In this document: positions 24,710 through 39,574 of the stretch, in pieces
How positions within the stretch are numbered: the first letter of the stretch is position 1
How the letters are laid out: each line of letters starts with the position of its first letter
Assembly (NCBI GenBank): GCA_963514005.1
Contig: OY740807.1
Span: 18,724,001-18,788,000 of the forward strand
DNA length: 64,000 bases
Direction of reading: 5' to 3'
Source: Raja brachyura
Lineage: Eukaryota
Translations under genes and position numbers: made by a program
Notes under the pieces: model-generated
Databases searched by the model: none
What the model was told of the DNA's origin: nothing
Seen by the model: only the letters and a program-made list of their open reading frames with translations

Positions 24710-25058
24710 GGCAGCACGGTGGCTCAGCGGTGGAGTTGCTGCCTTCCAGCACCAGAGACCTGGGCTTGATCCTGAGAATGGTTGCTGTTGGCACGGTGTT
24801 TGTACGTTCTCCCTGTGATTGTCTGGGTGCTTTGATTCTCTCCCACATTCCTAGGTGCAGGTTTGTAGGCTAAATTGTCCTTCGTGTGTAGGATAGAACT
24901 AGTCTGAAGAAGGATCTCGACCCTAAACGTCACCCACCCCATCTATCCGGAGAAGCTGCCTGACCCGCTGAGTTACTCCAGCATATTGTATACGGGCGAT
25001 GGTTAGTTGGCGTGGACTCGTCATGCCGGAGGGTGTATCTCTAAAACGGAAAACTAAA
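24710..25058 (+). mobile_element. HE1/V-SINE-like SINE with nested Penelope-like fragment (~24901-24987)
   Basis: SINE is interrupted after gtaggatagaactagt by ctgaagaaggatctcgaccctaaacgtcacc...gagttactccagcat and then resumes. Confidence 0.75.
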
Positions 25059-27155
25059 ACCTGCAGCAGTTGCAGGTCAAATCCTTGTGGAATACCATTT
25101 CCACAAGCGCACATAGCCCAGCAGTTAATCTTCATCAGGAGGAACAGCAGATCACAACATTTCTTGCTCTCTCTCTCCTCTCAATTAAACCATGGAAAAC
25201 CATTTATCCAACTTAGCACCAATATTACTCAATACCAACACCATACCAGGAAATCTCTGTTTGGAAAGGTTCACAATTGATCCAGAATCTATGACATTTG
25301 GGGGAAGAGAAACCAAATTTCAACTGTCCTCCCCTGAAAATGGGCTTTCTGATTCCACGTGTAAATAATTGCCAAGTTATCTCTGTCATTTCTGGATTTT
25401 CCTATAAGAGGAAACCGCCTTTAACCATATAACAATTACAGCACGGAAACAGGCCTTCTCGGCCCTTCCAGTCCGAGCCGACCATTTATTTTCCCCTAGT
25501 CCCATCTACCTGCACTCAGACCATACCCCTCCATTCCCTTCCCGTCCATATACCTATCCACTTTACTTTTAACTATCTGCCGTAACTATTCCTTTTTCAT
25601 GTTTATAGAGCGTGAGATCACTTTCAGTATCTCCTGAAACTTGTAAGCTGAAGTAAATACATACCAAGTTCGAACAATGGGTCTTTTCAATTTAATCCCT
25701 TCAATTCTCAGTTACATTCCTATAATCATCTGAACCACAGCAGATCTATGCAACCTTCTAGATAACGTTTGATAAGCTGCAATTGTTAACATTCCAGTTG
25801 CGGGTGGTCAGAACTGATTGCAATACTCCAAATATGGTTCATCTTGATATTCCAGTTCCCTTGAGAACAAACTACCATTCCATGAGCACGTTTGTTAATG
25901 CTTTCCATCTGTCAACTAGCTTAAACCCAGAGACATAAACACTAATTCCTCTGCTCTCTACAATTCTCAGCATTAACAGCGTTTTCTGATTTATCTTTCT
26001 TGGACAGAGATTGAATTTCAATTATCATAGATTTGCCTTTGCTGTAATCCATGCCCCTTTGTAACTTTCTGTTCCTTTCTGAACGACCAAGTTTCCCAAT
26101 TTAGTATCCAATTTGGATATGTAACTCTATGTTCATCATGTGTAGGAAGGAACTGCAGATGGTGGTTTAAATCGAAGGTAAATACAAAATGCTGGAGTGA
26201 CTCAGTGGGACAGGCAGCATATCTGGAGAGAAGGAACTCCAATCTGTAATTGCAAACTAGCTTCCAAAACATCGCACTTTCATTTCTACTAATAGTGATG
26301 ACATCTATAGACACCCCCTCATCCATCGCCTCAGTCACCCCGACAGTGTGGCTGGGTAGACTCAACCTTTCTTCCACACATCCCTTCTCTGACCAGATCA
26401 GGAGCTAAGTCTATACCAGATGCAGTTGGGTCCCCAACCATTGATGTTAAACCACTCACCTCCCCGCTCGAACACTGATTCAATATATGATGTTTGAGTC
26501 ATAGTCATCACCTTTCGGCCCAACCTGTCCACACCGGCCAACCTGCCCCGTCTACACTAGTCCCATCTGCCTGCTTTTGGACCATAGGTCTCTAAATGTC
26601 CCTTAAATGTTGCGATAGTACCTGCCTCAACTACCTCTTCTGGCAGCTAGTTCCATACGCCCACCACACTTTGTGTAAAAAAGTTACCCCTCGGGTTCCC
26701 ATTAAATCCCCCCCACCCCACCCCTTAAACCTACATGCTCTGGTTCTCCATTTCCCTCCTCTGGGTAAGAGACTGCGTTTATCCGATCTCAAGGACAGGG
26801 TGAAAACACTAATGCATATGACACTAATTAATGTATACAGTAGATAATGCGAATATCTGATGAGTTTCTGCACTTTTTTCTTTTGTATATACATTTTTAT
26901 TCGGAATTAAGCAGGTTTTTGGAAATGAATATTCTCTCAAGGTGCAACTTTGAATAATTTGAGAATGTGCGCTTCTATATTGACTGTACCGCTACTCGTA
27001 GTCTTTTAATTTTCCAAGCAAGAAGTGACCTACTAATTCCTTTGAGCAAAACAGTACTTTAAATTTTCTATTTTGACATGTGTCATTTATAACCCATTCT
27101 TCCAATTTGTTAACATACTCTGTCACTATTTTCTTCAATGTGAACTTGAAAAGTG

Positions 27156-27436
27156 CGGCATGGTGGCACAGCGCCAGGAACCCAGGTTCGATCCTGACTA
27201 CGGGTGCTGTCTGTACGGAGTTTGTAGGTTCTCCCCGTGCCCTGCGTGGGTTTTCTCCGAGATCTTCGGTTTCCTCCCGCACTCCAAAGACGTCCAGGTT
27301 TGTAAGTTAATTGGCCTGGGTTTGTATATTTGGTATAAGTGTAAATTGACGCATGTGCTGTTAATGCGCGGGGATCGCTGGTCGGTGCGGACTCGGTGGG
27401 CCTGTTTCCACACTGTACCTCGAAACTAAAGTAAAC
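27156..27436 (+). mobile_element. HE1/V-SINE-like SINE
   Basis: Well-conserved core ggagtttgtaggttctccccgtgccctgcgtgggttttctccgagatcttcggtttcctccc. Confidence 0.85.
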
Positions 27437-29421
27437 TTTGGTGTTGTGAAAAACTTGGAAGATTCCTTAATGGTTTATTTCCATACGGTACAAGAAAGGT
27501 GCCAGTTCTGGGGCAGTGAAACACCACTGCCCGCCTTCCCTCCCCCCACCAATTTAATGATCTGCGTGTTTGTGTACAGAGCAATTATTTAGGAACCAGT
27601 CCCCACCCTGACCTTGATGCAGCAATTCATAAACATTCCAATGTAGGAAAAAAAGAGGTGCAGTTGCAGGATCAGATAAACTTTGCCAACAAGTCTGTTC
27701 AGCCCATGGCTCCATTCTAAAAATGTCCCAGCCCAACGCCACCTCCTAGCCCTGGGACTGTAGATCTGCAGCTCACAGATCTTCAAGTACATATCCAAGT
27801 ACTCACTCTTTCAATGTGATGAGGATTTCTCCCACCTGCTCAGACAGAGTTCTAGACACTTTTTGCCCTCTAGGTGTATGTTTCTTTCTCCTCAGCTCCC
27901 CCATAACCCCTCTGCCAATTAGCAGTTTTTGTTTCATGAGAAAGTAATGATACCTTATCCCATCTTCCCTCCCATTAGGGTTTTCCAGTCCTGCCCACAT
28001 CCTTGCAAGTCTCCTCTGCACCAACCCCAGTGCCATTGCTCCTTTCCCGTGGTGACCAGTCGAGCTGTGGTCCAACCAGCGTGGCATGGTCACATTCAAA
28101 ACTGTGGTGCATTGAAACTACTTCTCTCAAAGGGCAGTGCATCTGTGGGGTTCTCCGTCCCCCCAAGAGGCCACATCATTAGATGCATTTAAAGTGGAGG
28201 TAGATAAATATTTGAAAGATCAAGGAATAGAGGCACAGATGTTGAAGCCAGCGTAGATTACATCGAATGGCAAAGCTGGCTTGAAGGCCCTGACTGCCTT
28301 CTTCTAAGTTCCTGTGCTCTTAATCTTGTGCATTTGCAATGTATCTCCCCAAGTATGAAACTATTTACGTCTCCCTGTGGTCTTTCCCACTTCTGTCAAT
28401 TTCATCCAATTCAAGGTCAAATTGTTGTTGCATACTGCTTTATCACTCCCTGAGCATCAGTCTAAATGATTTATATACATTATTAAAAGCAAATGACTAA
28501 ATACTGAGCCCCGAGGAACTCTACTGATAAAGGGTTTCCTATCACAAAAACACATGTTAACCACTTCCGTTTCCGCCCTCTGGGCCAATTTATGATCCAG
28601 TCTCTCCGAGATCCTCGAGTTTGTATATGTTTGCCCAGTCTGCTACGTGGCACCTTGCCAGGTTTGGCAAAAAATTCACCAGCCCCTTCAATCCTCCTTG
28701 CTACTGCCCTACAGAATTCAAGTCATTAGGCTGACGCAACCTTCCCTTAACAAACCTATGGCCATTGTCCCAAATTAATCAGCTTCTTCGCAAATGAAGG
28801 TCCACACCAACCATTGCAACTGACCCAATAACTTTCCCACCACCGAAGTTATAATTACTCAGATCATCTCCCTCTTTACACAACAGCACCACGCGAGCAG
28901 CCCTCCCACACCATCCTGTCATTGGGGAGATTGAAGAAATGGAGCCTCTGGAGTTTCCTCTTCTGCTTCCTTTAATTCCCTGGTTCATGAGATGTATCTA
29001 TATTCTAAGATGCTAAATCTCTTAATACTTCCTTTTTCACAAAGTTTATCCTGTTCAATGTTTTACACTCATCCTCCTTAACTCCAACTTAATATTTGTC
29101 TCCACTATTGTAAAGACAGTGCAGTGATTCAGAACTCTCTGCACATGCTCTACCTACACATGCAGGGCATGGTTTTGGTCCCTAATCTTTGGACCCTCGC
29201 TTTCCTTCCTTGCCCTCTTGTTCTGCGTGCACCGACAAAACATTTGTGGATTTTGTGAGATATCATCTGTGTTTTATCATCTCCTTTGAACTTCCTCCCT
29301 TCTACGCTTTCACTTACAATGTCTCAAGGCCTGGTAGAGGATGAGTTGCTGCTCATGATTATTGCTGATTAGGCTACGTGTGGAGTGACGGATTCAGGGT
29401 CCCTCCACCAACATTCATTTA

Positions 29422-30036
<615 letters not shown>

Positions 30037-30220
30037 TCATTGCCATGACTTACCTGACCATCCTTCTCGGACTGAAGGAGATTCCGTAGAACTGACAGGC
30101 CACACAATCCTGGCCGCGGAACTAGACCCAAAACATTAACTCCTGGGCCGGATGCTGACTACCGGTGCTGTCTGTACGTGGTTTGTCTGCTCTCCCCGTG
30201 ACTGCGTGAGTTTTATCCAA

Positions 30221-30442
30221 GATAGAAACATAGAAAATAGGTGCAGGAGTAGGCCACCTATTGATTCAATATGATCATGGCTGATCTAAAATCAGTACCC
30301 CGTTCCTGCTTTTCCCCCCATATCCCCCAATTCTTTTGGCCCCTAGAGCTAAATCGAACTCTCTCTTGAAAACATCCAATGAATTGGCCTCCACTGCCTT
30401 CTGTGGAAGAGAATTCCATCGATTCACAACTCTCTGGGTGAA
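30221..30442 (-). mobile_element. HER1/CR1 LINE 3' end
   Basis: gatagaaacatagaaaataggtgcaggagtaggcc...gattcacaactctctgggtgaaaa. Confidence 0.8.
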
Positions 30443-31812
30443 AAGGTTTGGAGGCAAGGGATGGTACACTCATGGGCCAATGTGCAATGTGCCTGCAATG
30501 AGGCGTGGTGGAGGGAGTCGCGGCAGGCCCTGCAGCAGCCTGGGGCTCAATTTGCACCCGGAACAGACGCGGCCTGCAGCAGCACAAAGCAGATCAACAC
30601 ATCACCAGGCCAGGACAAGCCCTGCAACTACAACCCTGTGCTGCTGCCGGGACAATGGGCCTTTATGGCCAAGTTAACATGCCAACATTTTTGGCAAATC
30701 TGAACTTGAAGGGTACAAGACTTTGCTAGAAACACAGGAAATCTTGTGTACTGTTTGTGTGTCATCTAATCTTATACTCTTGTACTCGAGTACGATTGGG
30801 CCCAATGTATAGTAAGATTGGTACTGAACTGCATATTTTAAAATATTCACTATGCCTAGGTACAAGTGAGAATGAAGTACATTGAACCATTGATTAATTG
30901 CTTTTGAGGTGGTGGTGATGAGCTGACACCTCTGCTGCGGCAGTTTAAATTCCACAGAATGAGTCACTAAACAGTAACAGCTCAGCAAATGGCAGGTCAT
31001 TTGGCTTTTCAGGTTCAGCACCGACTATCTGCGAGAGCAATGCAGCTGCAGCCACCACCCTGCCCTTTTCCAACTAGATGTGCAACATATTTTCCTGCAG
31101 GTTATGATACACTAATCCTAAAGACACCACAATACATTCTAGGTGACAACCACTCACAGCATCAAGCAGTTTTTTCCCCCTCATCTTGCTCACCAATGAT
31201 CAAGGTAAATGAGATAGCTTAACCATCCACCCAGCAACAGCACTCCCGGTCGGCACCATCCAGAACCACCTGCCCATTTCATTACATTCCCTCCACCATC
31301 AGTGCACCGTGGCTGTGGTACGCGTTACCCTTAATGTTCACGGTAGGTGCTCGCCAGGCTCCTGACTGCACCTCACACACAGAGCCATGACTCCCAAAAA
31401 TGAGCGCAGGAGGTTGCTGGCAACACCACTGCCTGCCGGTTCCTGCCCAATTCTAGTCTCCTTGTGAATACCCATTGAGCGTCTCCAGCATTTTCAGTTT
31501 GGATTTCACATTTCCCACAAAATGCAAGTTTTGGTTTTATTTTGCTACTGCATGCCAACAGTTGGTGGAAACTGAATGCACAGCTATGAACCCCAGGCTT
31601 TGCCCAACGTGGCACTGTCTGGAGATGTGCATGTGCATTCACCAGCGTTTGAGCCAATATTCCTCTTTTAACACCAACAATGTTATTCTTATTATTACTG
31701 TGCGTGGGTCCTTGCTGGCCTTGATCCACCATTAATTCCATGAAAGGCTTGTGAAGTAACCAGTCTGAGCAAGAGCAGATCTTGCTCAACAACATTCCTT
31801 ACCTTTATCAGT

Positions 31813-33803
31813 GAGGTCAAGTTAACCACAGGTTCATGCTCTTTTACCTCATTAACCAGATGCTCAGTGAAGTTTTGTCCATCCAGTTGTTATTTTGCTT
31901 TACTCTGCTTTGACATTCCCAAAATCCATATCGTCAGTGTCAATATTTTCACCCAGCACACAACAAATAGAAATCAGCTAAAGATACAACCGTACACAAA
32001 CATCGTAGCCCAGCAAGGATTCAGGCACCGTTATTGCATCCACATGTTCCCATGTAGGATAGAACTAATGTACCGGTGATTGCTGGTCGGTGTAGACTCG
32101 GTGGGCTGAAGGGCCTGTGTCCAAGCTGATCTAAACTAATCTAAAACTGTATCTATACTAAAACATTAATGAATTCTGTGGTGAGGAGAGGGGGCTCTCT
32201 GATCTACAGGTTGTTCCCAGGTACATACTGAAGCGAACATCAAGTGCTTCAGGACGATCTTCATCTCGGTGAAAGACACACTTGGGCCTTCCTGAAACCC
32301 ACTGGTCTTGCATTACAACTCAGGTCAAGGAGCATCTCTGGAGAATGTGGGTAGGTGATGTTTTGGATCGGGAATTTTCTTCAAATAGGCATGGCAGATG
32401 GAGCAACAAAACATTGCTAGTTTGATCGTCTCAATTGAGAAAACAAATGCAGAGTATTTTATGAATGTCAAATTAGGAGGAAAAATAATATGTTGACCTT
32501 TATTGCAAGAAGATCCAGCTATGGCAGCAGAGATGGTTTGCTTCAATTATACAGGGGCCTTGGTGAGACCACAGCTCAGGAGGAGTGTGACATCTTGGTC
32601 TCCTGACCTAATCGGTATTCTTGCAGAAGGGGGAAATGTAGCAAAGATTTACTCGACTCCTCCCAAGAGTGGTGAGTCTATCAGAAAAGAAATGCTACAT
32701 AAAATGAAGAGGGTTATAGGTAGAGGGGATGGCAGAAATATTTTTCCCTCGCTAGGAGTGAATAAAACTAGAGGCATAGATTTAGGGCAAGGGAGATGAC
32801 ATTTTGATGGGACCACCATCACCTAGAAATGGGCAAGTAGCTGGAATGCATTGCCTGAAAGAGCGGTGGACACAGAACCACTGACAGGAGTTAACCAGTG
32901 TTTGGACGAGCACTTGAATTGCCTCGGCATAGAAAGCTTACAGACCAAGTGTTGGAAGATGGGTTAAGTAATGGATGGATGCCCAGTGATCAGCATGGAA
33001 GTGTTGGGCTGATTGGCCTGTTTCCAAACTACACTGACTCTATTCACTAGGGACTGAAAAAAAATGAAAAGCGATTCGTGAAACTTCCAAAATCCTTAAG
33101 TCACTTCCCTTGCCTGGGGAGTCTGGGCCCTGGGATCATGGCCTGGGAATAATGAGTGGGCCATTTGGGACAGAGTTGAGCAGCTATTTCTTCTCTCGGA
33201 GGCTGGCGAAACTTAGGAATTCTCTATACTGCAAGGACCTGGAGGCTCAGATATTGATCATGGTCAAAACAGAGACTGGTAGATCACGTGAACTGAGGGA
33301 ATGGAAGGATGGGGAGATAGGTCAGGGAAAGAAGTGTCGGAGGTAGGTGGTCAGATGGAAGTGTGTTGAATGGCACAGCAGGTCATAGATTTACTGCCTC
33401 CAGATCAGAGCGCCCCCTCTCCTCACCATAGAATTCACTAACGTTGTAGTATAGATACAGTTTTAGATTCGTTTTAGATACAGCTTGGACACAGGCCCTT
33501 CAGCCCACCGAGTCTACACTGACCAGCAATCACCGGTACACTAGTTCTATCCTACATGGGAACGTGTGGATGCAATAAAAGTCCCTGAATCCTTGCTGGG
33601 CCCACCCTATGGCTACAATGTTTATGTACCATTGTATCTTTAGCTGATTTCTATTTGTTGCGTGCTGGGTGAAAATATTGACACCGACAACATGGATTTT
33701 GGGAATGTAAAAGCAGAGTAAAGCAAACTAACAACTGGATGGACAAAACTTCACTGAGCATCTAGTTAATGAGGTAAAAGAGCATGAACCTGGTTTTGAC
33801 CTC
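31813..33803. repeat. Long inverted duplication: arms ~31813-32205 and ~33402-33803, spacer ~1.2 kb
   Basis: Arms are reverse complements over ~390 bp (e.g. ggttcatgctcttttacctcattaac / gttaatgaggtaaaagagcatgaacc) and include apparently unique sequence plus a SINE tail. Confidence 0.9.
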
Positions 33804-33959
33804 TCCACATGCATGAACGGATATGGTTGCAACAGGTCCTATACTGGACAACACTGCCCCACACTGAGGGTCACACTATACTCTAGCCCACGCTATCCCC
33901 ACATCCTGCAACGCGTTAGGAATTTGGTGTTACCACCTGTAAATCAACCCATTGTCCAA

Positions 33960-34360
33960 CACAATGAGTTTAGAAGGACGAGAGGGAACCTCATTCATAC
34001 CAAATAGTGAAAGGCTTGGATCGAGTAGATGTGGAGGAGACGTTTCCACTGGTGGGGAAGTCTAGGTCCAGAGACCCTAGCAATAGAATAAAAGGACGTA
34101 CCTTTAGAAATGAGATGGAGGAATTTCTTTGGTCAGAAGGTGGTGAATCTGGGGAATTCATTGCCACCGAAGGCTGCGGAGGCCATGTCAATGGATATTT
34201 TTAAGGTGGAGATTGAAAGATTCTTGATTGGTACGGGTGTGAGGGGTTATGGGGCGAAGGCAGGAGAATGGTGTTGGGAGGGAAGAAAGATCTGTCATGA
34301 TTGAATGGCAGAGTAGACTTGATGGGCCGAATGGCCCAATTCTGCTCCCATAACTTATGA
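33960..34360 (+). mobile_element. CR1 LINE 3' fragment
   Basis: ORF 34007-34204 KGLDRVDVEETFPLVGKSRSR... and tail gatgggccgaatggcccaattctgctcc. Confidence 0.8.
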
Positions 34361-34544
34361 ACACGAATACACCCCTCACCCAGCCCCACCTAAATGCCAC
34401 ATGCCCTCCACCTCCCTCCCTTAACAGTCAGAGGTAGAAAGTTGATTCTCTCTTCAGGCTACATGGAGCTGGTGAATGGACAGTCAAGGAAGAGGAAGAA
34501 AGTTCTGGAGCATGCACCAGTTGCAGAGAGAGTGTGCATGAGGG

Positions 34545-35317
34545 TAGACTATTATCTGAATGGTGGCAGATTAGGAAAATGGGAGATGCAACAAGACCTG
34601 GGTGTCATGGTACACCAGTCATTGAAAGTAGGCATGCAGGTGCAGCAGGCAGTGAAGAAAGAGAATGGTATGTTAGCATTCATAGCGAAAGGATTTGAGT
34701 ATAGGAGCAGGGAGGTTCTACTGCAGTTGTACAGGGTTTTGGTGAGGCCACACCTGGAGTATTGCATACAGCTTTAGTCTCCAAATCTGAGGAAAGACAT
34801 TCTTGCCATAGAGGGGATACAGAGAAGATTCACCAGACTGATTCCTGGGATGTCAGGACTTTCATATGAGGAAAAACTGGATAGACTCGGCTTGTACTAG
34901 CTGGAATTTAGAAGATTGAGGGGGGATCTTGTAGAAACTTACAAAATTCTTAAGGGGTTGGACAAGCTAGATGCTGGATTGTTCCCGATGTTGGGGTAGT
35001 CCAGAACAAGGGGTCACAGCCTAAGGATAAGGGGGAATTCCTTTAGGACCGAGATGAGGAAAACATTCTTTACACAGAGAGTGGTGAGTCTCTGGAATTC
35101 TCTGCCACAGAAGGTAGTTGAGGCCAGTTCATTGGCTATATTTAAGAGTGTGTTAGATGTGGCACTTGTGGCTAAAGGGATCAGGGGGTATGGAGAGAAG
35201 GCAAGTACGGGATACCGAGTTGGATGATCAGCCATGATCACATTGAATGGCGGTGCAGGCTCGAAGGGCCGAATGGCCTACTCCTGCACCTATTTTTCTA
35301 TGCTTCTATGTTTCTAT
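34545..35317 (+). mobile_element. HER1/CR1 LINE 3' fragment (~770 bp)
   Basis: DYYLNGGRLGK.EMQQDLGVMVHQSLKVGMQVQQAVKK...LYRVLVRPHLEYC, with in-frame stops, running through to the 3' tail. Confidence 0.9.
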
Positions 35318-35519
35318 GGAATGTTCCCAGCCCAAAGCTCGGAACAGGTTTGGGAGAGTTGCCAAACTCTGAGCTCACACATGGCCGAGGGAAGCAGGCT
35401 GAACATAAAAAAGGCAAACAATCAGCCACAGGCAGGCTCCGGGTAAACAGGATTTCCTCAACTCGACTTAAAAATTTAAAAGATCACTCGCAATCGGCCA
35501 CTTTGCCCAATGAAGTTTA

Positions 35520-35750
35520 CTGCCCCGCCTGATGCCCTGACCGCAGGAGTTGACGGTTCGGCTCCGCCCGTGGTGGGTTTAGCCCAGCCGGCAGCGAGCC
35601 CCCCCCCCCCCCCCCAAAATGCCTCCGCATCAGTTTCCAGAGATGCTACAAAAGCCGCGTATTTGCATGTTGCTTCATTTCGCGCCTTAATTTGCATAAA
35701 GGCAAAGTCACGCAACCGAAAAAATATCCACATCGTCACGGCAACCAAAG
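35520..35750. promoter_or_regulatory. Candidate intronic enhancer (two octamers, GC boxes, X-box-like motif)
   Basis: ATTTGCAT at 35661-35668 and 35690-35697, ctccgccc at 35562-35569, gtcacggcaac at 35735-35745, in a locally CpG-rich, apparently non-repetitive segment. Confidence 0.35.
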
Positions 35751-36721
35751 GCTGCTTTTTCACTCTCTGAAAACCAGCTCTCCCTCCGTGCAGGGCTGCA
35801 CACACTCCCCATTCCTCGCCCTTCACACTGCACCCCACCTCCCTCCTCCTGCAACTACTCCCAGCGAGCAGTCAAACAGATGACACAACTAGGAAGAAAC
35901 GCATGCACTTCTGATCAAAGGCAAACATACCAAGATCCACCTTGCTTTTCATCAATTTGCTGCTCAAAAGTTTGTTTAACAAATCCTACCCCAGAGCAGA
36001 ACTTGAACTTTAAACGTTCAACACGTTTCATTCCAACCGCTTGAGACGTCTCCGAAGCCAGTGAAGGATTGCAGCTGAGAAACTACAGACTCGCTCTGCA
36101 TGCAAGCAGACTTCTTACTGCAGTGTCTTAACTGAGTAGCTACAAGAGTTACCAAGTTAAACTGGCCTCAGACACAGTGGACACAGAGGGACAAGGGCCA
36201 ACAGGCCAAACAACAGTAGAAATATTATTACAGTGCAACACACCCCACAAAAGATTACCAGTCCCACTTAGATACAGGTTTTCAAACCAGTCTCAACCTC
36301 ACCCATTACATGAAAACAACTTATACTTGAACTTCATTTTAATGCCAATATCCAATAGAGTTTGTGCTAACTCGCACAGATCAGCAGCCTTCTGCCAAGC
36401 ATGTATATCTATGTAAATAGACCCGGCTGCTTTGTGGGACTGTGTGGGGAGGGAGAACATGAAACAGGAGTGACAATACCCCATCTTCTACCCCTCCCTC
36501 CGCCCTGTCCTAATGTTAAAACTTTCATACCCCAGCCATTGAGTCCAGAGGAGGGGTCATGACCCAAAATGCAATGGTCCATTCCCCTCCGCAGATGCTG
36601 CCTGACCCACTGGAGTTCTTCCAGCAGTGGATTTTTTTTTAACTCCGGTTTTCAACATTTGCAGACTTGTGTCTCCATTTCCCACCATTGCTGGGCCTGA
36701 ACCCCCTCACCCAATGACGGC

Positions 36722-37112
36722 CATTACAAAAAGTGGTGGACACTGACCGGTCAAACACAGGCACTGACCTCCCCACCATCGCACGGATTTCAAAAGGCAG
36801 CCAGTATCATCAAGGACCCACACCACCCTGGCCGCACTCTTATTTCACTTCTGGCATGGGGAAGGTGGTATAGGAGTGTGAAAACTAACATCCAGTTTCA
36901 TGAACAGCTTCCTCCCAACAGCCATCAAGCCATTGAACACAATGAACTCCACCTGAACCCCAAACTGCCCAGGTTGGAATAGGGACTCGAGTGTTGCTTT
37001 GTTTTGCACTGTTCAAACTTATTAAATTATGTCTTTGTTTGTTTAGAAACCAGTTGTGTTGCTGCAAGTAGGAATTTCATTTTTCCGTTTCAGTATACAT
37101 GACAACAAAAGA
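36722..37112 (+). mobile_element. Rex1/Babar-like LINE 3' fragment
   Basis: ggcactgacctccccaccatc...atcatcaaggacccacaccaccctggcc...aacagcttcctcccaacagccatcaagc. Confidence 0.6.
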
Positions 37113-38034
37113 CTCTGGACATGTTTGGGTTTGGCCTCCCAATCAACAATCTACAGTCTCATCTAAATCACAACATCAGGGCAAAACACACAAACATCTA
37201 AAGAGTCCTGGCCAATATTTGAGGGCGATTTCAACACTTGCTCAAAGGGTGTGTCGGGGAGGGGGAATCCCAACTCAACAACAAGAAAAAGAGCAAGTAA
37301 GCAACTTGGGGGGAGTTCAAAGAATTGATGATAGCCATCATCGACTAACCCCTCCCAGCCAAAATGGTGGCATCAAGAAATGACAAATGCAGGAGAGAAG
37401 TGAAGGAGAGATTAAGCAGTCACCTCGAGCACAAAAACCACAGAAATATCAATTTCTGTCCCATGAACATGATTACCTTTAAGGTTCCCTCCTGGTTTCA
37501 CATCACGTTCACTTGTGTACAAATCACTAAATCATGAACCCAAACACTAAACCTAACCAGTGGGATGATCTTCTCCATTCCTCAAATGAGCTTCCCCACT
37601 ACAGTGGTTCAACCCCCTTCTCAAGGAACAACTGTTTTGAGCAATAACCAGAAATGTCCACATCTCCAGGAACAAAGTTGGAAGGGACGTTCGTTAACAT
37701 TCACCAAGAGAAAATATATTGGACAATGGTATTCACCAAGGTAGAATTGGCAAGGCCACTGCTTCCCAATGGCCAAAATGCTTTGCAAAGAATTCTACCC
37801 TGAGAAAATACTTGGGGACTGAATTTCAAACAAGATAATGAACATCAATTTAACAAATGACTTTGAAACTCCAGATGGATACTACAAGGATTAGCAAATT
37901 CCTCCTGCGAAGTTGCACATTATAACAGACTTAAACAAAGCATCCATATTACATCAAACCTTAAACTGCAAAATCCAGTCAGGTTCATTAGGGAGACAGC
38001 CTTCTGAAGGAGGACACAGAATCCAGATCCTTAT

Positions 38035-38325
38035 GTTTAGTTTAGTGATACAACGTGGAAACAGGCCCTTCGTTCCACCGAGCCCTCACCAACCAGCGAT
38101 CCCTGCATACTTACACAATCCTACACACACCCCAGGGACAATTTACAATGATACCAAGCCAATGATCCTAAAAACCAGTATGTCTTTGGAGTGTGGGAGG
38201 AAATGGGAGATCCCGAAAAACGGGGAAAACGTACAAACTCCTTACAGACAGCAGTCGTGGTCAGGATCGAACCCGGGTCTCTGGCGCCATTGGGCAGCAA
38301 CACCACCACTGCGCCAACATGCCAC
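38035..38325 (-). mobile_element. HE1/V-SINE-like SINE
   Basis: Reverse complement of head, core and tail. Confidence 0.8.
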
Positions 38326-39574
38326 CTTTTAACGGTTTTACGGTTTCATGGTTAAAGTAATGTCAAATGCAGCTGCATTGGACACATTACGCATACGAAG
38401 GAGTAGGCCATTTAGCCCCCAGCCTGATCATTCTTTTAATAACATCACAGCTGATCTGACTCTGACCTCAATTCCACATTCCCATTATCATGCTGACATC
38501 TTAGTCCTTTCTCACTCTTCAAACCTAGCCTGGCCAACCTTCCTTCATAGGACAACATGTCCTTTCCATATTTTTGGCCTGGCAAACATTCTCTGAACTT
38601 TTTACCACCCTCTAGCAACCATCCTAAATGAGGAGATCACTGCTGTGATAGCATTCCTAATCTAATCTGTCAACAGAAGCATGTCTTCACACCCTCTTTG
38701 TGCTGTCCCCCGATAAACTATGAACTCTGGTGAGCTTCCCCAATTACATCCTGTACCTGTAGATTGGCCTTCTGCGAATCATACACTTGGACACCCAGAT
38801 CTCTCAACATTCATGTGAATTTTTTTTTAAAGGTTTGTCTGTCAAAATGCACAATTACACATTTTTCCCCACGCTGCACTCCATTTACCAGATCTTTGAC
38901 CACTCACCTAATCCCACTAACATCCTTTTGCAACCTCATGCTCTTTCACAATTGACCTTCTACCAGTCTTTGTCATCAGCAAATTCGGCAATAGTATCTT
39001 ATGTTGTTTTCCGGTTGCCAGTCAGTCTTCCAATTGTTATTCCATGCACTATGAGCCCTTCCTATTTGCTGGTGGCTTAGAATTTGGTCTAGTGCTACAA
39101 CTATCTGGAATCCTTAGCACGTCCACCCATTTCCCCTTTGTCCTCTGCATGTTACTTCTTCAAGTAACTCCAACACTGCAGGTAGGATTTCCCTTGCACA
39201 AAACAATGTTGACTTGGTCCTGCTGCATCTTTCATTGGAGCTTCTAACATTCTCCACCTGACTGACGTCGAGCTAATTGGATAGGAACACTTATTAAACG
39301 GAGGCATGGGAGAAGTCTAGCACGCATCAGTAAGCCCGTTTCATCCACTACAGGGACAGTGTCAACATTCTCGGTGCAAGAGTGCATTTCACATTGGTGG
39401 CAGGAGCAACAATGAGCGGGACATCACTAATTATAGGAGAGAAGGCAACACCCAAGGTAGGTCTCAGAGTGCGCTGCCACTCTACAATGTCGGTGTGTAA
39501 TTGCTCTCCCCTTGGACTAGGGGAAAAAGAAGCTATTGTGACAAGTTGATGCACCTAGTAGTCAATGCCCACAG

